Positions 26,118 to 27,074 of a stretch of DNA of 27,074 nucleotides are shown here, in pieces. The first letter of the stretch is position 1. The number at the start of each line of letters is the position of its first letter. Source of the stretch: a virus (taxonomy: Duplodnaviria; Caudoviricetes). The stretch lies in the IMG/VR virus record IMGVR_UViG_3300046817_000104, positions 1-27,074 of that record, one strand, 5' to 3'. The notes under the pieces were generated by a model. That model did no database searches. It was given only the letters and a program-made list of their open reading frames with translations, and had not been told where the DNA came from. Made by a program: the position numbers and the translations under genes.

Positions 26118-27074
26118 ATCGCAGACTGGTACGCATCGTCCGCTGCTTATGCCCTGATCTCGGCGTTCGTACCGAGCGCGACGTATGTCATCGGCAATAT
26201 TGTGAAACCGACCGCACCGGCTCTCAAGGCGCAGTGGGTATTTCGCTGCACGGCAGGGGGCACCGCAGGCACCGAGCCGGTGTGGACCACGGCGAACAAC
26301 AGCACGATCGCCACAGGCGGCGTCACGTTCACCAATGTGACCGGGCAGAGCACATACTTCTGGGCGGCTGCTGCCGGGGATATGCCGACGTTGCTCGGTG
26401 CGGTTGGAGCTATCCGGTTAGCTGGCGGCGACCGGATGTTTGTATCGAGTGATCACGCCGAGACGCAGACAGCAGCGACTATTTATGGCTCTGGTAACGC
26501 AACCGCAAGCTTTGGCACCGGTCAGATATTGAGCGTGAACCGTGCAGGCAGCACGCCACCGGTCGCCGCCGATCTGACAGCAGGTGCTACATGCACTGTC
26601 ACTACTGGATCACTAACCTTGGAGATAGGCTTTCCGACGTATCACTACGGAATGAGCTACATAAATACCGGAACAGGACCAAATCCGATAAATATAAGCA
26701 GCACTGGTTTAAAGTCAGTCTACCTTGATACATGCCAGTTATATGTTAATACATCAACTGCCAATCTTCGTATTGCAAACGGAGCTGCGGCAACTCTCGT
26801 CCTGTATAACTCTACAGTGCGGTTTGGCGCTACATCGCAAGGCATCGGCACGATTGCCGGTATGTTTGAGGTGATCTGGCTAAACACGCCAAGTGCGATA
26901 GCTGGAGCGACAATTCCCGTTACGTTGTTCCCAGGTGTCAATACAGCTATGCTGGTAACCGCCAGGGGCGTCGACCTATCAGCTGTCACTGGCACGCTGG
27001 TGACCGTCAATATCGGTGCCGGTAGCAAGTTCCTATTCGACAGTTGCCGTATTGCCAGCGGCGTCGTGCGTTAT
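26118..27074 (+). CDS. Tail fibre-like protein, 3'-truncated; apparent ATC start or in-frame readthrough
   Basis: Stop-free frame from 26109 to the window end: (I)ADWYASSAAY…VFRCTAGGTAGTEPVW…AGGDRMFVSSDHAETQ. Perfect RBS AGGAGG at 26107-26112. Confidence 0.75.
   Translation, partial: MADWYASSAAYALISAFVPSATYVIGNIVKPTAPALKAQWVFRCTAGGTAGTEPVWTTANNSTIATGGVTFTNVTGQSTYFWAAAAGDMPTLLGAVGAIRLAGGDRMFVSSDHAETQTAATIYGSGNATASFGTGQILSVNRAGSTPPVAADLTAGATCTVTTGSLTLEIGFPTYHYGMSYINTGTGPNPINISSTGLKSVYLDTCQLYVNTSTANLRIANGAAATLVLYNSTVRFGATSQGIGTIAGMFEVIWLNTPSAIAGATIPVTLFPGVNTAMLVTARGVDLSAVTGTLVTVNIGAGSKFLFDSCRIASGVVRY

Overview
The window is a high-GC tailed-phage (or prophage) packaging and morphogenesis region, almost entirely on the + strand. 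It encodes terminase large subunit, portal, a GroES-like co-chaperonin, scaffold, a probable decoration protein, major capsid protein and a run of tail/fibre genes, plus an antisense HNH endonuclease and two large effector-like proteins upstream of terL. The standout is an RNA-guided TIGR-Tas-type system. A Nop-domain (IS110-related) protein with no recognisable nuclease (TasA-like, likely 666-1835) is flanked by dual-repeat arrays with a 36-nt period: edge repeat GAGCGAGCC, 9-nt spacer A, loop repeat GAG(A/T)GT(G/A)CC, 9-nt spacer B. There are three arrays (8, 6 and 4 units; the third lies 5.8 kb away, behind terL) and two solo units (76-124 and 8134-8169, the latter over the portal RBS and start codon). 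The first guide, read as A + reverse complement of B, matches 15/18 nt of the putative promoter directly upstream of its own array, which suggests RNA-guided autorepression. Three of the five cassettes begin exactly at a TAG stop codon. Family assignments come from motif recognition only; no database searches were run.
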